A DNA stretch of 64,000 nt from Octopus sinensis. Lineage: Eukaryota. The position numbers and the translations under genes were made by a program. The notes below the pieces were generated by a model. It worked only from the letters and a program-made list of their open reading frames with translations, was not told where the DNA came from and did not search any database. The stretch spans positions 69,068,001-69,132,000 of the forward strand of contig NC_043003.1 of the NCBI RefSeq assembly GCF_006345805.1, written 5' to 3'. How positions within the stretch are numbered: position 1 is the stretch's first letter; every line of letters starts with the position of its first letter. This document shows, in pieces, positions 37,354 through 50,294 of the stretch.

Positions 37354-37480
37354 CTTTCTGTTGAAGAGCGTAGTTCCGAAACGTAAAAGACTTTCTCACC
37401 TTCCCGAGCGTCAAAATAATACCCCTGCTTCTTGATTATACACCTGTCTTAGTCTTTTGTTTTTCTGTAAATTTCAACTA
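37354..37480 (+). mobile_element. PLE pLTR-like segment with hammerhead variant
   Basis: cttt-CTGTTGA-a-gagc.gtag.ttcc-GAAAC-GTA-aaag (37354-37389); stem I perfect, stem II damaged. Confidence 0.55.
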
Positions 37481-37496
37481 CATATATAGCTTCCTT

Positions 37497-37604
<108 letters not shown>

Positions 37605-38060
37605 GTTTGCGTGAAGTGTTGTCTGATATAAATAAATGTTTTTCCTTTTTAAACCAAGACATTGCAATTTATGAGCAATAATACAGAAATAATACAAGTC
37701 GAACAAATGATTCTAACTCCAAAATATTGAAATGCTAGCGGAGAGAACATTCCATCAGTTTGTATTATTTCTTATAACTTAAATTGTTTTGGCGTAAAAA
37801 GATTAAAACCATTAATGTGTGTGTATGTGAATGTGTGTGTGTGTATGTGTTTGCATACATATACATACGTTGCTTTATGCCAAAGGAATTACGACCCAAT
37901 ACATTGGAGAAAAAAAAGCATATAAGTAGAGAGAGAGGTGGAGATAGAGGTGGAAGAGATGCTTTTAATCTCCTATGTGCAGAGTAAAAGTTATATTTTG
38001 TATTACTATGTGTGCCTTGTTCATTTCGTTCATTACGTTTACATTATATGTACACATAAA

Positions 38061-38450
38061 GGCGGTGAGCTGGCAGAAACGTTAGCACGCCGGGCGAAAT
38101 GCTTAGCGGTATTTCGTCTGCCGTTACGTACTGAGTTCTAATTCCGCCGAGGTCGACTTTGCCTTTCATCGTTTCGGGGTCGATAAATTTAGTACCAGTT
38201 ACGCACTGGTGTCGATGTAATCGACTTAATCCGTTTGTCTGTCCTTGTTTGTCCCCTCTGTGTTTAGCTCCTTGTGGGTAGTAAAGAAATAGGTATTTCG
38301 TCTTTACGTTCTGAGTTCAAATTCCACTGAGGTCGTCTTTGCCTTTCATCCTTTCGGGGTCTATAAAGTAAATAGCAGTTGCATATTGGGGTCGATCTAA
38401 TCGACTGTCCCCTCTCCCAAAATTTCGAGCCTTTTGCCTAGAGTAGAAAC
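38061..38450 (+). mobile_element. SINE family A dimer (tail A then tail B)
   Basis: Junction AAAGAAATA|GGTATTTCGTCT; TSD-like ATTATATGTACACAT / ATTGTATGTACATAT. Confidence 0.92.
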
Positions 38451-38607
38451 AATTGTATGTACATATGTGTGTGTGTTTGTACGACGGGCTTCCGAATAGT
38501 TTCCGTAAACCAAATTTTATCCACAGAGAATACAACACGGCTTTAAAATAATCATTTCTACTACAGACACAAGCCATGGGATATGTGAGGAGGGGGATAG
38601 TCGATTA

Positions 38608-38800
38608 CGTGGACTGGTGCATTGTCCTGGAGCAGGAGCTCTGGCCTTTTGGGACGAAATCTCTTCCTGAACTCTCTCAAAACCTTCGCAAAGTACACTG
38701 GGTTGACCATCTGACCAAGGGGATCCAGTGGATGTAGATGATGACCTTGATGTCGAAAAAGAGTATCCATAATAAGTCTGAGGAATTTCCTAAGCTTGTG
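38608..38800 (-). mobile_element. mariner transposase fragment
   Basis: LFDIKVIIYIHWIP / GQMVNPVYFAKVLREFRKRFRPKRPELLLQDNAPVH (mariner HDNA.PH-type motif). Confidence 0.82.
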
Positions 38801-39096
38801 TGGCATTTTGCCCAGTTAAACACAACACTTTATTACACACACACACACATATATGCATATATATATGTATGTGCGTGTGTGTATATATGTATATATATAT
38901 GTATATCTATCTATATATATATATACATATATTTATGTATGTAAATATGTACATATATATATATATATTTATGTATATAAATATGTACATATATATGTTT
39001 ATATATATGTATATATATATATATATACATATATTTATGTATGTAAATATGTACATATATATATATATTTATGTATATAAATATGTACATATATAT

Positions 39097-39139
<43 letters not shown>

Positions 39140-39888
39140 ATGTATGTATGTATGTAAATATGTACATATATATGTTTATATATATGTATGTATGTTTATA
39201 TATATGTATGTATGTATGTATATGTGCTTGTATATATATATACCTATACCTATGCATATATATATATGTGTGTGTGTGTGTTGTGTGTGTGTGTGTGTGG
39301 TGTGTGTGTGTGTGTGTGTGTGTAAGTATGTATGTATACGTATGTACATACACATATATAGATGTGTATGACACTAGTCAAAGGCTACAGTTATGAGATG
39401 GCCTCGCAATAAATCTGAGACACGGCATTTCATAAATCTTCTTTGTTATTCCAGTGATAGATTATATCACAAGCTATATTTTATCCAGAAAACACTTCTT
39501 TTCTTAATATAATGATACGAAAATATTTTCACTTTCTATGTACAAGAAACAGGTAATTTTGACCAAAAAAGTAATATATTAATGCTATAATGAAGGTGGG
39601 AAAGAGGTTGTAGGTATGTTTGAGTCAAAATATATTTATTTAGTATACTTGTAAGAATAATGAATTGGGAACATCCAGTTAACTGGTAAAGTTTCAGCTA
39701 TCGACTTTTATGGAGTCGCACCAACAATAAATAAACAGTTGTACTTTTTTAAAAGTACTTTAAAATAATGACATTATTTTAACGTTTCGTTTTCTAGTTT
39801 TGGTTCACAAGATTATTGATATGAACTCGTATGTTCTGTTGTAGCTCAAAAAGGTCATTAAGTTAATGATGAACACATGCGCTGGTTC

Positions 39889-39929
<41 letters not shown>

Positions 39930-39949
39930 TATTATTATTATTATTATTA

Positions 39950-40250
39950 AGTTCGTTGAAAGGTGGGTGAATGTGGCAAGAACGGCTCTAAGTGTGTGAA
40001 GGCCGGATGGAAGGAAAAGGATAGGGTGCCTTCCTGAGGAACCTGTGGTGTTAAGGGGTCCAAAGAGCGTTTGGTCCTTTGGGTACCTGACGGTGGAACT
40101 CTCCTTTATTAGGGAAGCATATTGATGAATTAATCTCTTTGTTAATCGTTGTGTTTGTTTGCTATTTACACGTTTAACCTCGCTGTCCCTCGTCTGTGTA
40201 TCGTCCTCTATGCTTTAAGTTCGGCCCTGGTGGCCAATAAAGAAAGTATT
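39950..40250 (+). mobile_element. Non-LTR retrotransposon 3' end, same family as 31580-32120
   Basis: KFVERWVNVART; ends GGCCCTGGTGGCCAATAAAGAAAG followed by (TAT)n. Confidence 0.55.
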
Positions 40251-40259
40251 ATTATTATT

Positions 40260-40690
40260 GAGTGAAAGGGCAGTCATGCCATCAAAGTGACACTGAGTTA
40301 TACAGGGACACTGAGTTAAAATATGAGCATGTTCCTTAGTAGCTGACGATATGTGCATCTCTGATCACGAGCAGAAATAGTGTTGAGAGGGATTCTTTGG
40401 AGTTTGAATAATTCACCTCTGGAAACATGGGTGTTTCGTTCAACATCCTTAAACAATCCTTATTCAGGGACTTTTAAGCAGGATGGGTTACTCAACCAGA
40501 AGAAAGTTCTAACTGAGCCCCACCTGCAAGGTCATGTGCTGTTTATCTTGATATGAGATTACCATGTCACGCACATATGGTTATAATGCATGTGCCTAGT
40601 GTACCCTCATCAGACGGGTAGTCATGATGATTATACTGGGCTTCATATATTTTGCCCTAGTGTCACTTTGATGGCATGCACTGCTCTCTC
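40260..40690. mobile_element. Non-autonomous TIR element (MITE-like)
   Basis: TIRs GCAGT-CATGCCATCAAAGTGACACT / AGTGTCACTTTGATGGCATGCACTGC; internal part recurs inverted at about 43850-44160. Confidence 0.8.
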
Positions 40691-40740
<50 letters not shown>

Positions 40741-40804
40741 CGTCAACAACAACAACAATAATAATAATAATAATAACAACGTCAACAACAACAACAACAA
40801 CAAC

Positions 40805-40836
<32 letters not shown>

Positions 40837-40985
40837 CAACAACAACATCGAAAAATACATTAGTTTCGAAATTTCCCCAAGAAACCTGATGAAGGCTGGT
40901 GGGTATATCAGCGGAAATGTTGTGTTAACAACAAACAAGATGAGGATAAATATCCTTCAAATGTAAATAATCTAAATAATGTTCC
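40691..40985 (+). mobile_element. Third copy of the hammerhead-bearing repeat
   Basis: (AAT/AAC)n-ATCGAAAAATAC...CTGATGA(40886)-a-ggctg...cagcg-GAAAT-GTT-gtgtt...AAGATGAGG, matching 20530-20690. Confidence 0.85.
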
Positions 40986-41280
40986 TTATCTGTTCCGAAG
41001 CTCTCACTTGAGGATTTTGCGTGTTACTTGGTGAGCTAAAGTGTCCCAGCTCTGTCCCGTATCTCACTTTATGATTTCTCCTTGTTATTTGGCGAGATAG
41101 CGTATCCCTACTCTGTTCCAACGCTCTCACTTCTGTATCACAGCGAATTTTATGAGTTTCCGTATCCTTATTCTGTTGGGCTTGTCTGTATTCACTGTAA
41201 GATTCTCTCTTATGTTTTATAGCGGCAGCTTTCCTGGAGGTCCTACCAATTCCTGATTTCCGTTTCCAGGTCATAATGAC
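40985..41280 (-). mobile_element. Possible Helitron Rep-helicase N-terminal fragment
   Basis: MTWKRKSGIGRTSRKAAAIKHKRE followed by repeated VRxxEQxRD/N units, resembling Helitron N-termini (recognised from memory, not searched). Confidence 0.45.
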
Positions 41281-42307
41281 GTGGAACGAAGGAGAATTTA
41301 ATAAAGCATTACACAGCTTTATGCATACTAGTGTTGACATTTGTATTTCCATATGTGTGTGAGTATACATTTTAGTCAGATAACGTGTGTGTGTGTATGT
41401 GTGTATATGTGCACTTGTGTGTTTATGTGTTTATGTATGTATGTATGGATGGATGGATGGATGGATGGATGGATGGATGTATGTTTAGAGTAAGTAGTTG
41501 AGAGTGGCTACAGTTTTTCGTCTCCGAATGCAGGAGTCGAAGTTGAAGACGCTCTGTATGTGTTCCGACCCCTCCCACCGCAACATCAAAGCTGCCTGGG
41601 GCCACACCCCGAAGTTTGCAACACAGGTCCCGCACATCAACATTAGCTTTGAGTCAGGTGTTGCGACAGTGGGCCACATGTTTCTGTCATTGTCAATGTT
41701 CGATTATGCTGTACTACTCACCCTCTCTCTCGAGATATGTAATAACTTGTTATCTTAAACGATATCTGACAATTTTCTGGCAGCATCTTGTTTTTGTATA
41801 TGTATGTGTATATATGTTTGTTTATTGATGTGTGTATGTGTGTGTGTGTGTGTGTAAGTTTGATGGTAGAAGCAGAAGAGCAGAACGCGATACTTAATAA
41901 GTCAATAAAATATATACATTTTAAAATTCTTTAACTGTAGAGGTTTATAGGAAATTCAAGGACGGAGATTATCGTGTGCTGCGCTATCAAGCAAATTTAT
42001 GAATCGTAAATTTTCTATTTATACAGAAGAAAATATAATTCTGTCTAGATATGTCTATCAAAATACCATTAGAGAGTCACATGTTAAAGCAATATTTCTA
42101 TTGAAAGAAATAAACAAACAAATATAAACTTATATAAATACGCATATACACACAAATACACATGCATACACATACAAATGTACGTATATGTGCATACATA
42201 TACATGTATACACAAGCATACATACATATGCGTAAATATAAATATACATATATATAAATATACATATAAATATACATACATAAAAGTACACGGTAGCTTA
42301 TAAAATA

Positions 42308-42625
42308 GTCGTGGCACTCCGTCGGTTACGACGACGAGGGTTTCGGTTGATCCGATCAACGGAACAGCTTGCTCGTGAAATTAACGTGCAAGTGGCTGAG
42401 CACTCCACAGACATGTGACACAGCTGTCTCTTTAAAGTACAGGTATAGCAGAAGCAGGAAGAAAAAGTGAGAGAAAGCAGGTTCACCACAATCCCCTGCT
42501 GGAGCCTCATGGAACTTTAGGTGTTTTTCGCTCAATAAACTCTCACAACGCCCGGTCTTGGAATCGAAACCGCGAACCTACGATCACGATTGCGCTGCCC
42601 TAAACACTGGGCTATTACGCCTCCT
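42308..42625 (-). mobile_element. tRNA-derived SINE, head C2 + tail X
   Basis: Minus: GAGGCGTAATAGCCCAGTG...GGTTTCGATTCC; shares CTCAGCCACTTGCACGTTAATTTCACGAGCA with 15967-16234. Confidence 0.85.
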
Positions 42626-42714
42626 TATAGGATATATACTTAACAACATAGTTATATCATACCACATGCATACGTGTTTGTGCGTGTGTGGATGTGTATA
42701 AGTATTCTTTTATT

Positions 42715-42920
42715 CGTTTCTTTTTTATTTTTTCAATCATTTAACTGCGGCAATGCTGGAGCACTGCCCTTAGTCGAGCAAATATAACTAAGGACTTATT
42801 TTTTGTAAGCCTAGTACTTATTCTATCGGGTCCTTTTGCCGAACTGCTATGCTACAGGGGCATAAACACACCAGTATCGGATGTCAAGCGATGTTGGGGG
42901 AAACAAACACAGACACACAA

Positions 42921-42981
<61 letters not shown>

Positions 42982-43132
42982 CGGCGGGCGTCTTTCAGTT
43001 TCCGTCTACCAGATCCACTCACAAGGCTTTGGTCGGCCCGAGGTATAGTAGAAGACACTTGCCCAAGGTGCCACGAAGTGGAACTGAACCCGGAACCATA
43101 TGGCTGGTAAGCAAGCTACGTACCACACAGTC
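42715..43132 (-). mobile_element. SINE family B, full length
   Basis: Reverse complement of family B. Confidence 0.9.
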
Positions 43133-43349
43133 AGTGTGTGTGTATACGTGTATGCAATTTCTATATACAAACATACATGCATACATACATACATAAAAAC
43201 AATAATACATACGTATATAAAATGCATGCAGATATATGTGAGGAGGTGATAGAAAAACAACAAAGACGGGAAATATGTACATTACTCTTAACCTATTCTG
43301 TCTTGCAATCTCTATATACAAACACACACACACACAAACGCACACTCGC

Positions 43350-43427
<78 letters not shown>

Positions 43428-43429
43428 GA

Positions 43430-43850
43430 CTTCTAGATGCTATACAGTTTCACCGTTTTGTCCACAGATTCTGCACTTATCACTTTCTGCTGTGTTGTCT
43501 ATTCTGTATTTTATGTAGTTTGTTCTTGGGCAGCACAGATTAGAGCCTCCGTTTCCGGTTTTAGTCATCCACAGCCATCTTTTTTCTCTACCTGTCTTAC
43601 CTTCAACATCCCTACGAAATTGTCCATGCATTCTTTTCTTTACCCACCTATTTTCGTTTTCAATTGCTTGTACAGTGCTTTATCTTTGCAGTCTTTCATC
43701 CTACACATGACTGACCTTACTTCTAATAATAGCGGTTCTGTGGCATTTTTTACATATCATGCTATATTGTTTTCTCCTGCTCTAATGCTGTGTTCGCATT
43801 GAATAAGTCCTCTTCCCCCTCTTTTTCTTGGTACGTACAGTCTGTCTAGA
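43430..43850 (-). mobile_element. R4/Dong-like (RLE-type) non-LTR fragment: RT C-terminus to zinc knuckle
   Basis: RLYVPRKRGGRGLI..., MHGQFRRD...W.WM, ETEALICA, RTNYIKYRID...KCRICGQNGETV. Confidence 0.82.
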
Positions 43851-44315
43851 GTAAAATATACGAAGCTCATCCTACCCATCATGTGCGCGACATGGTGATC
43901 TCATATCAAGATAAAGAGAACATGACCTTGCAGATGGGGCCCAGTTAGAATTTTCTTCGGATCGAGTAGCCCATCCCGGTCAAATTGTCCTTGAATAAGT
44001 GTTGTTTAAGGATGCTGAACGAAACACCCATGTTTCCAGAGGCAAATTATTCAAACTCTAAAGACTTCTTCTCAACACATGGCTATGATGCTCCTCCTAT
44101 ACTTCTGCTCGTGATCAGAGATGCACATATCGTCAGCCACTAAGCGACGTGCTCGACTGGTTAAGGTCAAACAATTGACAAGCAAATCATTGAGCAGAAT
44201 ATTTGCTGTAGCCCATCTTTTATACGAAGACAAAACAATGTACATGATAACATTTCCAATCAGTTAAGATCAGAAGCCATGAGATCTATTGACTGGTACT
44301 GCATCAGAACATTTA
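43850..44315 (-). mobile_element. Partial copy of the 40260-40690 element
   Basis: ACACCCATGTTTCCAGAGG, CTGCTCGTGATCAGAGATGCACATATCGTCAGC are reverse complements of the MITE interior. Confidence 0.8.
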
Positions 44316-44369
44316 TTGTTGTTGTTGTTGTCGTTGTTGTCGTTGCTGCTGCTGCTGCTGTTCTTGTTG

Positions 44370-44520
44370 TTGGAACACCCGGCGTTCTGCATGCGTAGTC
44401 TATGGTCCCATGCTATCTGTTCTTTTCAACTATCTAATACTTTTCTGATTACTCTGGCCTTGCCAAGGAAGCAAACTTTTTACAACAGTTCTGCTGGGCA
44501 CTCTATTCCGTTTTCAAATA
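44370..44520 (-). mobile_element. R4/Dong-like element extreme 3' end
   Basis: LL*KVCFLGKARVIRKVLDS* matches the LQK..LLGTA.ILRKVL terminus; runs into (CAA/CAG)n. Confidence 0.7.
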
Positions 44521-45669
44521 AAAGATGAAAGATAAAGCAAAGTTAGACACATAAATCACAAAAATCTAACTTCGCATCAAAACTATGGCAAAGGTATTTC
44601 TCTTTCGGTTGTCCATGGAAGAGATGATCCCATTAGTTTTCCCTTCACAGCCTATCTCTAACCAGAATTTATATCCCAAACAAGACAGAAGCTTTGGATT
44701 AAAATGTCGATTAAAATATAAGGATAACACAGGATAAAAGATTGTTTGCCAACATAACATGGCAATCCTGGTTTAGGACGAATGTTGCTGTAACTTAGCT
44801 CCAAGAGACATCGTCTCCAGCTGGCTATACGACACGATCCGAGTCTGTATATTTTCGAACAAGGGAATCTAGCATCCCCACTCAGCTTAAAACAATATCT
44901 GGATAACACAAGATATTTGCATTTTATGGGTGGAGTTGTTTGGGGGTGGTAAAATATGGGTACTTTTGTTTCATAATTATTTTATATAGCAAATGTGTGT
45001 ATGTGTATGTTTAAGTTTTCTGTGAGTATTTAATAGTGCGTGTGTGAGAGTAGTAAAGGAAGAGGTAATAGTGGTGATTAAGTGCGATACGTATGCATGT
45101 AAGTGTGTGTCGTAAACTATTGTAGTAAATCTCTCTGTGTTTGTTGTTGACGATCGGGCCCGGCTGTTTGGACGCTGGTGATATGACACGGATGACTGGA
45201 TATCGAAACTGTTCTGATGACTGTACTTTTTGGCACTTAAGGCAAACAGACATACACAAGCACAAATATACATACATATGTGCACAGAAATATGGAGATA
45301 GAGAAAGTGAGAGAAAAACATTACCATTAATTAATTGAATTCGATGGACATAAACAGTTTTCCTATTTTTATGCACACAAGAAAAACGTGCTCACAGACA
45401 TACTGACAGAGAGGGGAGACAGAGAGAACGAGAGGAGCATTAAGTCGAAAGAAACATCAAGACATCTTATGTGAAATAAGTCAGCGTTGAATCAGCGACG
45501 CCAATATGCGGGATCAAAACGGCCAAAATGTCACCTACTCATTGAATATATGGTCGTCATCAGGGAGTAAGACAGAAGTTTTTCACGTATAATACCAAAC
45601 GTTCAATACAATGTATGTTGTCTTGTAATTAAAATTTATGAATTAAAAATGATTATGACTTGCTCTTTA

Positions 45670-46420
45670 ACTTAAGTATAGATACATATCATTCTACCGA
45701 GTTGAGCGCGTGGACGATTTTTAGTGCACCCTATAAAATATAAATTCTCGTTTGTAGAAGAGCGGTTTACAATGATAACCGCCTCTTTAATACTAAAATC
45801 ATGAAACCCGGGGCCACAAATAACTGCAGGAAAAACTTATACCTTTCGTCAAACATTTACAGATGAAATGTTTTTAAATTTAGCATAAAAATATAAAAAT
45901 TATAGATGCTATTCTAGACCCTAATAAACCTCAAACGACCTTCAGATAAACCAACAAAACAATGCATGTAAAGATAAGCATCCTACAACAAACATCACTA
46001 AATACATTTAGTAATGTTATCCTACTTTAATAAAATGACACATATACATATCAAAGGTTCATATAGGTCCTTAAACTAAGCGGTTTCAAAGCACAGATCA
46101 AATGCTTCACCAAATCAACCCCCCCCCCACCACCACCACCACCACCAAAAAAAACTAAAAACATGAAAGGGAAAGTATTTTGGTATAACCCACCATGCAA
46201 TTGACAAGTAACTGTATACATCATTAACACTTTTTCAGTCTGGTCAGAAAACATCTGCTCTTCACATGTCTAACTATATATGATCTTCAACACCCTACGG
46301 CTACATTTCATGAAACCTCGTACATCTGTACACCATATAAATTATAGGTACTGCTAGCCACACTTTACTGAAACACAGATAAACAGTTATACTTACATTC
46401 AAACATCCACATTTATTCAG
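45670..46420 (+). mobile_element. Highly decayed Penelope-like RT/linker relic
   Basis: Ordered remnants DTYHSTEL, IKIIDAILDPN, LKLSGFK and GKVFWYNPPCN (PLE IWFNPP motif). Confidence 0.6.
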
Positions 46421-47105
46421 AAATAATTCGATCCCCTTCCTCATGTGACCTTCGTACGCTTTCACTTAAACCATGCCACATCATCTCCACTCCCTTCTGC
46501 TCTCTTTTATTGCCTCCCACCTAATTTCTTTCACACTGGAGCACTAATCATGGGTTCACTAGTAAATAGCCATTAATAATTGGCTAGTTACAAAACAAAA
46601 TACATTTTTATAAAATAATTGGCTATTTTCGAAATGAATAATTCATCGCTACATATTCTACACACACAAGTACGATATAAACACACATGTATTCGCCCAC
46701 ACTAAATTGTCTAAATCCATATATAAAAACACACTCCCACATACGCATGCATATATCCTTCACTTACCTACGCCCGATTCCTATATCCTCCAACACGCCT
46801 ACACACACACGCGCATATACGCGATTATACTTATACACACTAACTATAATCACTCACACACACACACATACACAAATACATACATACTCTCTCTCTCTTT
46901 CTTTCTATTAACTATCTACAAAATATCACAAATGAAAAAAATTCAAATACCGAACAAATATCACCCCTACCACCGCACAATCTCACACTCTTCCCAAACA
47001 TAAATCAATCGTAATTTATCTTTCACTCGTTATTAATATTGAGGTTTATACACATACAAAACACATATACAAAACACACCCAAGCTTTATATATATATAT
47101 ATGTT

Positions 47106-47140
<35 letters not shown>

Positions 47141-47265
47141 ATGTATGTATGTATATACTCATACCTACCCGTACACTTATATAGATTTATGCATAATATA
47201 TATGTGTGTTTTGTAGATATAGTCTATGCATAATATATAAGTTATACACACACACACACACACAC

Positions 47266-47315
<50 letters not shown>

Positions 47316-49109
47316 GTATGTTATATTGATATATTGCTTTCTTTCTCTATTTTTAATTTATCTTCCTATCATTATCCCTTTCCGTTATTCTAATCTTTAT
47401 AACATTCCTTTCAATCCTTCTCTTTCTCCTCCCTCTGTCTCTCTCTCTCTCTCTCCCTCTCTTTCTCATAATATCATTACTTTTCACTTCCCCTCGGCCA
47501 CCCTTCGTTCTTTCATTCTTTTTCGTAGTTTTATTCGTTTTAATTCATCTAACCCAGTAAATTATATTTTGTGGATGCGTGTTCAAATTAATCACGACTG
47601 TTCCTTTTTATTAGGTATTCATATACGAATAAAAACAAGGTTATAACTTGTCAAAGAAACAGAAGAAATATAATTTTAAAGGTTAAGACATTTGCTTTGT
47701 AAAAGAAAGAATAAAATGGTTCTGCAATGGTCAGCACTCCTGTCTAATGCGAGTGCAAAAATATAGAGAACTACAAGCAAAAATAAGAGAAACGAGAGGA
47801 AAGTAAACTTTTTTAGGATAAAAAGTAGAAAGCGTGGGACAGATAGAAAAACAATTGATGGATGCAAAGAATAGTTATATTAGAAATGTTATGTGTGCGT
47901 TTATGTTTGAGCCTACCTTAGAGTTTCTAATTGTCAATTATGAAAATAAAGGGCCGTCTGGAGAATACCTGAGTGCAATGCAATGAAGTTGCTACTGTCA
48001 TCATGAATGGAAAGTTAGATGTTAAATGATACGTCATTGAGACGAAACAAGCCATGCAGATCAAGAAAGCACTGTGTCCCAATCGAAGACCAGTCTGACA
48101 TAAATTTTAACAATGTTATCAAAGTTTGTTTATTGGGTTCTCCGGTCAACATAAATGCTTTTTTCCACAGCTTTTCTATGAAGTGTGAGTAAAAATTCAT
48201 TTCAATGGTAAAGTTAGACTACCAGTTGTACTGAATTGCTGAAGAATGACACCCAGTAGAATGCAACAATGTCGAAAGCGGTTCTTTCGCCATGCTTTTA
48301 AACTACTATGAAACATCCTACCTTCAGCTTTGGCTCAAATATCGGGTGGTGGGGGACATTGCCATAGATTTCATCTCCCAGGGTTCCAGGACCTTTTTTT
48401 ACAGAGAAAATAATCTCAAAATCAGTTTCACATTCCTTTAAGACATTATACATAAATTAATAGGTTTCGATTAATTTTGTCATTCACACGATTCGATTAT
48501 GAACTGATACAGAGTCCGGGTCAGTAACACAGTGCTTTAGACACCAGGCAGCTACAAATGTATTGAAAAAACAATTACATTTCTTACATGGAGGATAAAT
48601 GTTCAAGAGAAATCCAACAGTTTGCTTTCATACACGAAATGCATTCCTTCAATAAAAGTCAGTTTGATTGCAGCTACTGTTCAACGTGGGTGGGAAAATG
48701 CCGTCTGTTCTATACATACACACACACACACACACACATACAGAAATATTGACAGAGATTAAGAGGGAAAAGTGATATACAGATCTATATCTAAGCATAT
48801 GTAAATTGTGTGTACAAATATGACTGTACAAACATACGTATCACATGTTTTGAGATTCGGGCGCACGTTCAAAACCCCGAAATGAATTCTCTTATATTTT
48901 TTTCTGCGTGGGAATACACTTCTTATATATATTTCGGGACGGTCATTTTTTTTTTGCCAAATAAACACACGCACTGTATATTCATAATTCACTCGTTTGT
49001 TACTATTCTTATTCTAACTCATGTCATCGCACGCGCATGTGTGTGTGTGTGTATCTGTGTGTCTTTGTGCGACACACACACACGCACACGTATATATATA
49101 AGTATGCAT

Positions 49110-49362
49110 GTAAATGTATATGTATGTATATATGTGTGTGCCTATCTTTGTGTCGGTGTTTGTCCCCCACCACCGCTTGACAACCGGTATTGGTGTGTAT
49201 ACATACACGTAACTTAGCGGTTCAACATAAGATACCGATAAAATAAGTACCAGACTAAAAAAAACAATAACCACTGGGGTCGATTCATTCGACTATAAAT
49301 TCTTCAAGCTGGTATTCCGAAATGGTCGCAGACTAATGACTGAAACATGTAAAAGGTAAAAG
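49110..49362 (+). mobile_element. SINE family B 3' half
   Basis: GTTTGTCCCCCACCACCGCTTGACAACCG...AATGACTGAAAC. Confidence 0.85.
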
Positions 49363-49449
49363 TTATCTAATATACATATATATATATTATATATATGATA
49401 TATATAAACATATATATATATATATACCTTTCATTTCTATACATATATT

Positions 49450-49507
<58 letters not shown>

Positions 49508-49614
49508 CTTTTCCTTTATACATATATATATGTGTGTGTGTGTGTTTGTATGTATGTATGTATGTATGTATGTATGTATGTATGTATGTATGTATGTATG
49601 TATGTATAAGCATT

Positions 49615-50105
49615 ATGTCAGGTCACTTTCGAGTGCTACTGGTAACATGTAACCCAGTACAACTTGTTGCATGGTCGGGCCGTCGGCGACTAAGCCGGCA
49701 ACCCCTCCAAGCTTGCGTGGTGAGGAGGGTGTTTATTGGACACCCTGCGGGATGAAAAACAAAACCCGCCAAAGGGCGGAGGAACTCTTGAGAGTCAACG
49801 GCCATCCAATAAATGTGTAATTTTTTTTCTTAAGGCTTAAGGCTGTATCATTCGCAGGGACATAGAAATAATCGGACTGAATACCCGATCGCGAAGTTAA
49901 AGCACTGGAAGTAAAGTACTCCTAGCCTTTGTTAGGGCATCCTTCTAGGAGAAGGTAACTCAGGTAACTGGGATAACTCTGACTTAAAACCTGCGGCTCA
50001 GTGGTTACCGATGATGTTGACTTGTTCTTCTTTTCGGATTATGGCTGCTGTTGCTTAGTGAGTGGGATTGACTCAGTGCACAGCCTTTCCTCACTTTAAA
50101 AAATC
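49615..50105 (+). mobile_element. GC-richer repeat, probably a LINE (RTE-like) 5' UTR
   Basis: CTAGGAGAAGGTAACTC motif; a related motif occurs inverted at 7561-7586; several hairpins. Family assignment is inference. Confidence 0.4.
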
Positions 50106-50294
50106 TTCCTGCATAGGCATTGCACGATAACAACATTGTTCATGATTGTTGATGGTGCTGTGAGTCTCAACAGAATGGTTGGCTGTAGCCTTAAAAAGCA
50201 AATAAAAGTCACATTCGATAACAGCACCAATAACAGTTAAGCTTCGTGCAATGGCCATACTCGATAACGGGGGGGCAGCCATCATCATGTATAA

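Noticed and set aside
45525-45566. Minus-strand CTGATGA-cgacc...ggt-GACA
   Set aside because: GAAA and cleavage site absent; too decayed to call although near a PLE relic.
48155-48190. Possible 14-nt microexon (TTTTTCCACAG...GTGAGT)
   Set aside because: Only splice-like signals; not supportable without RNA-seq.
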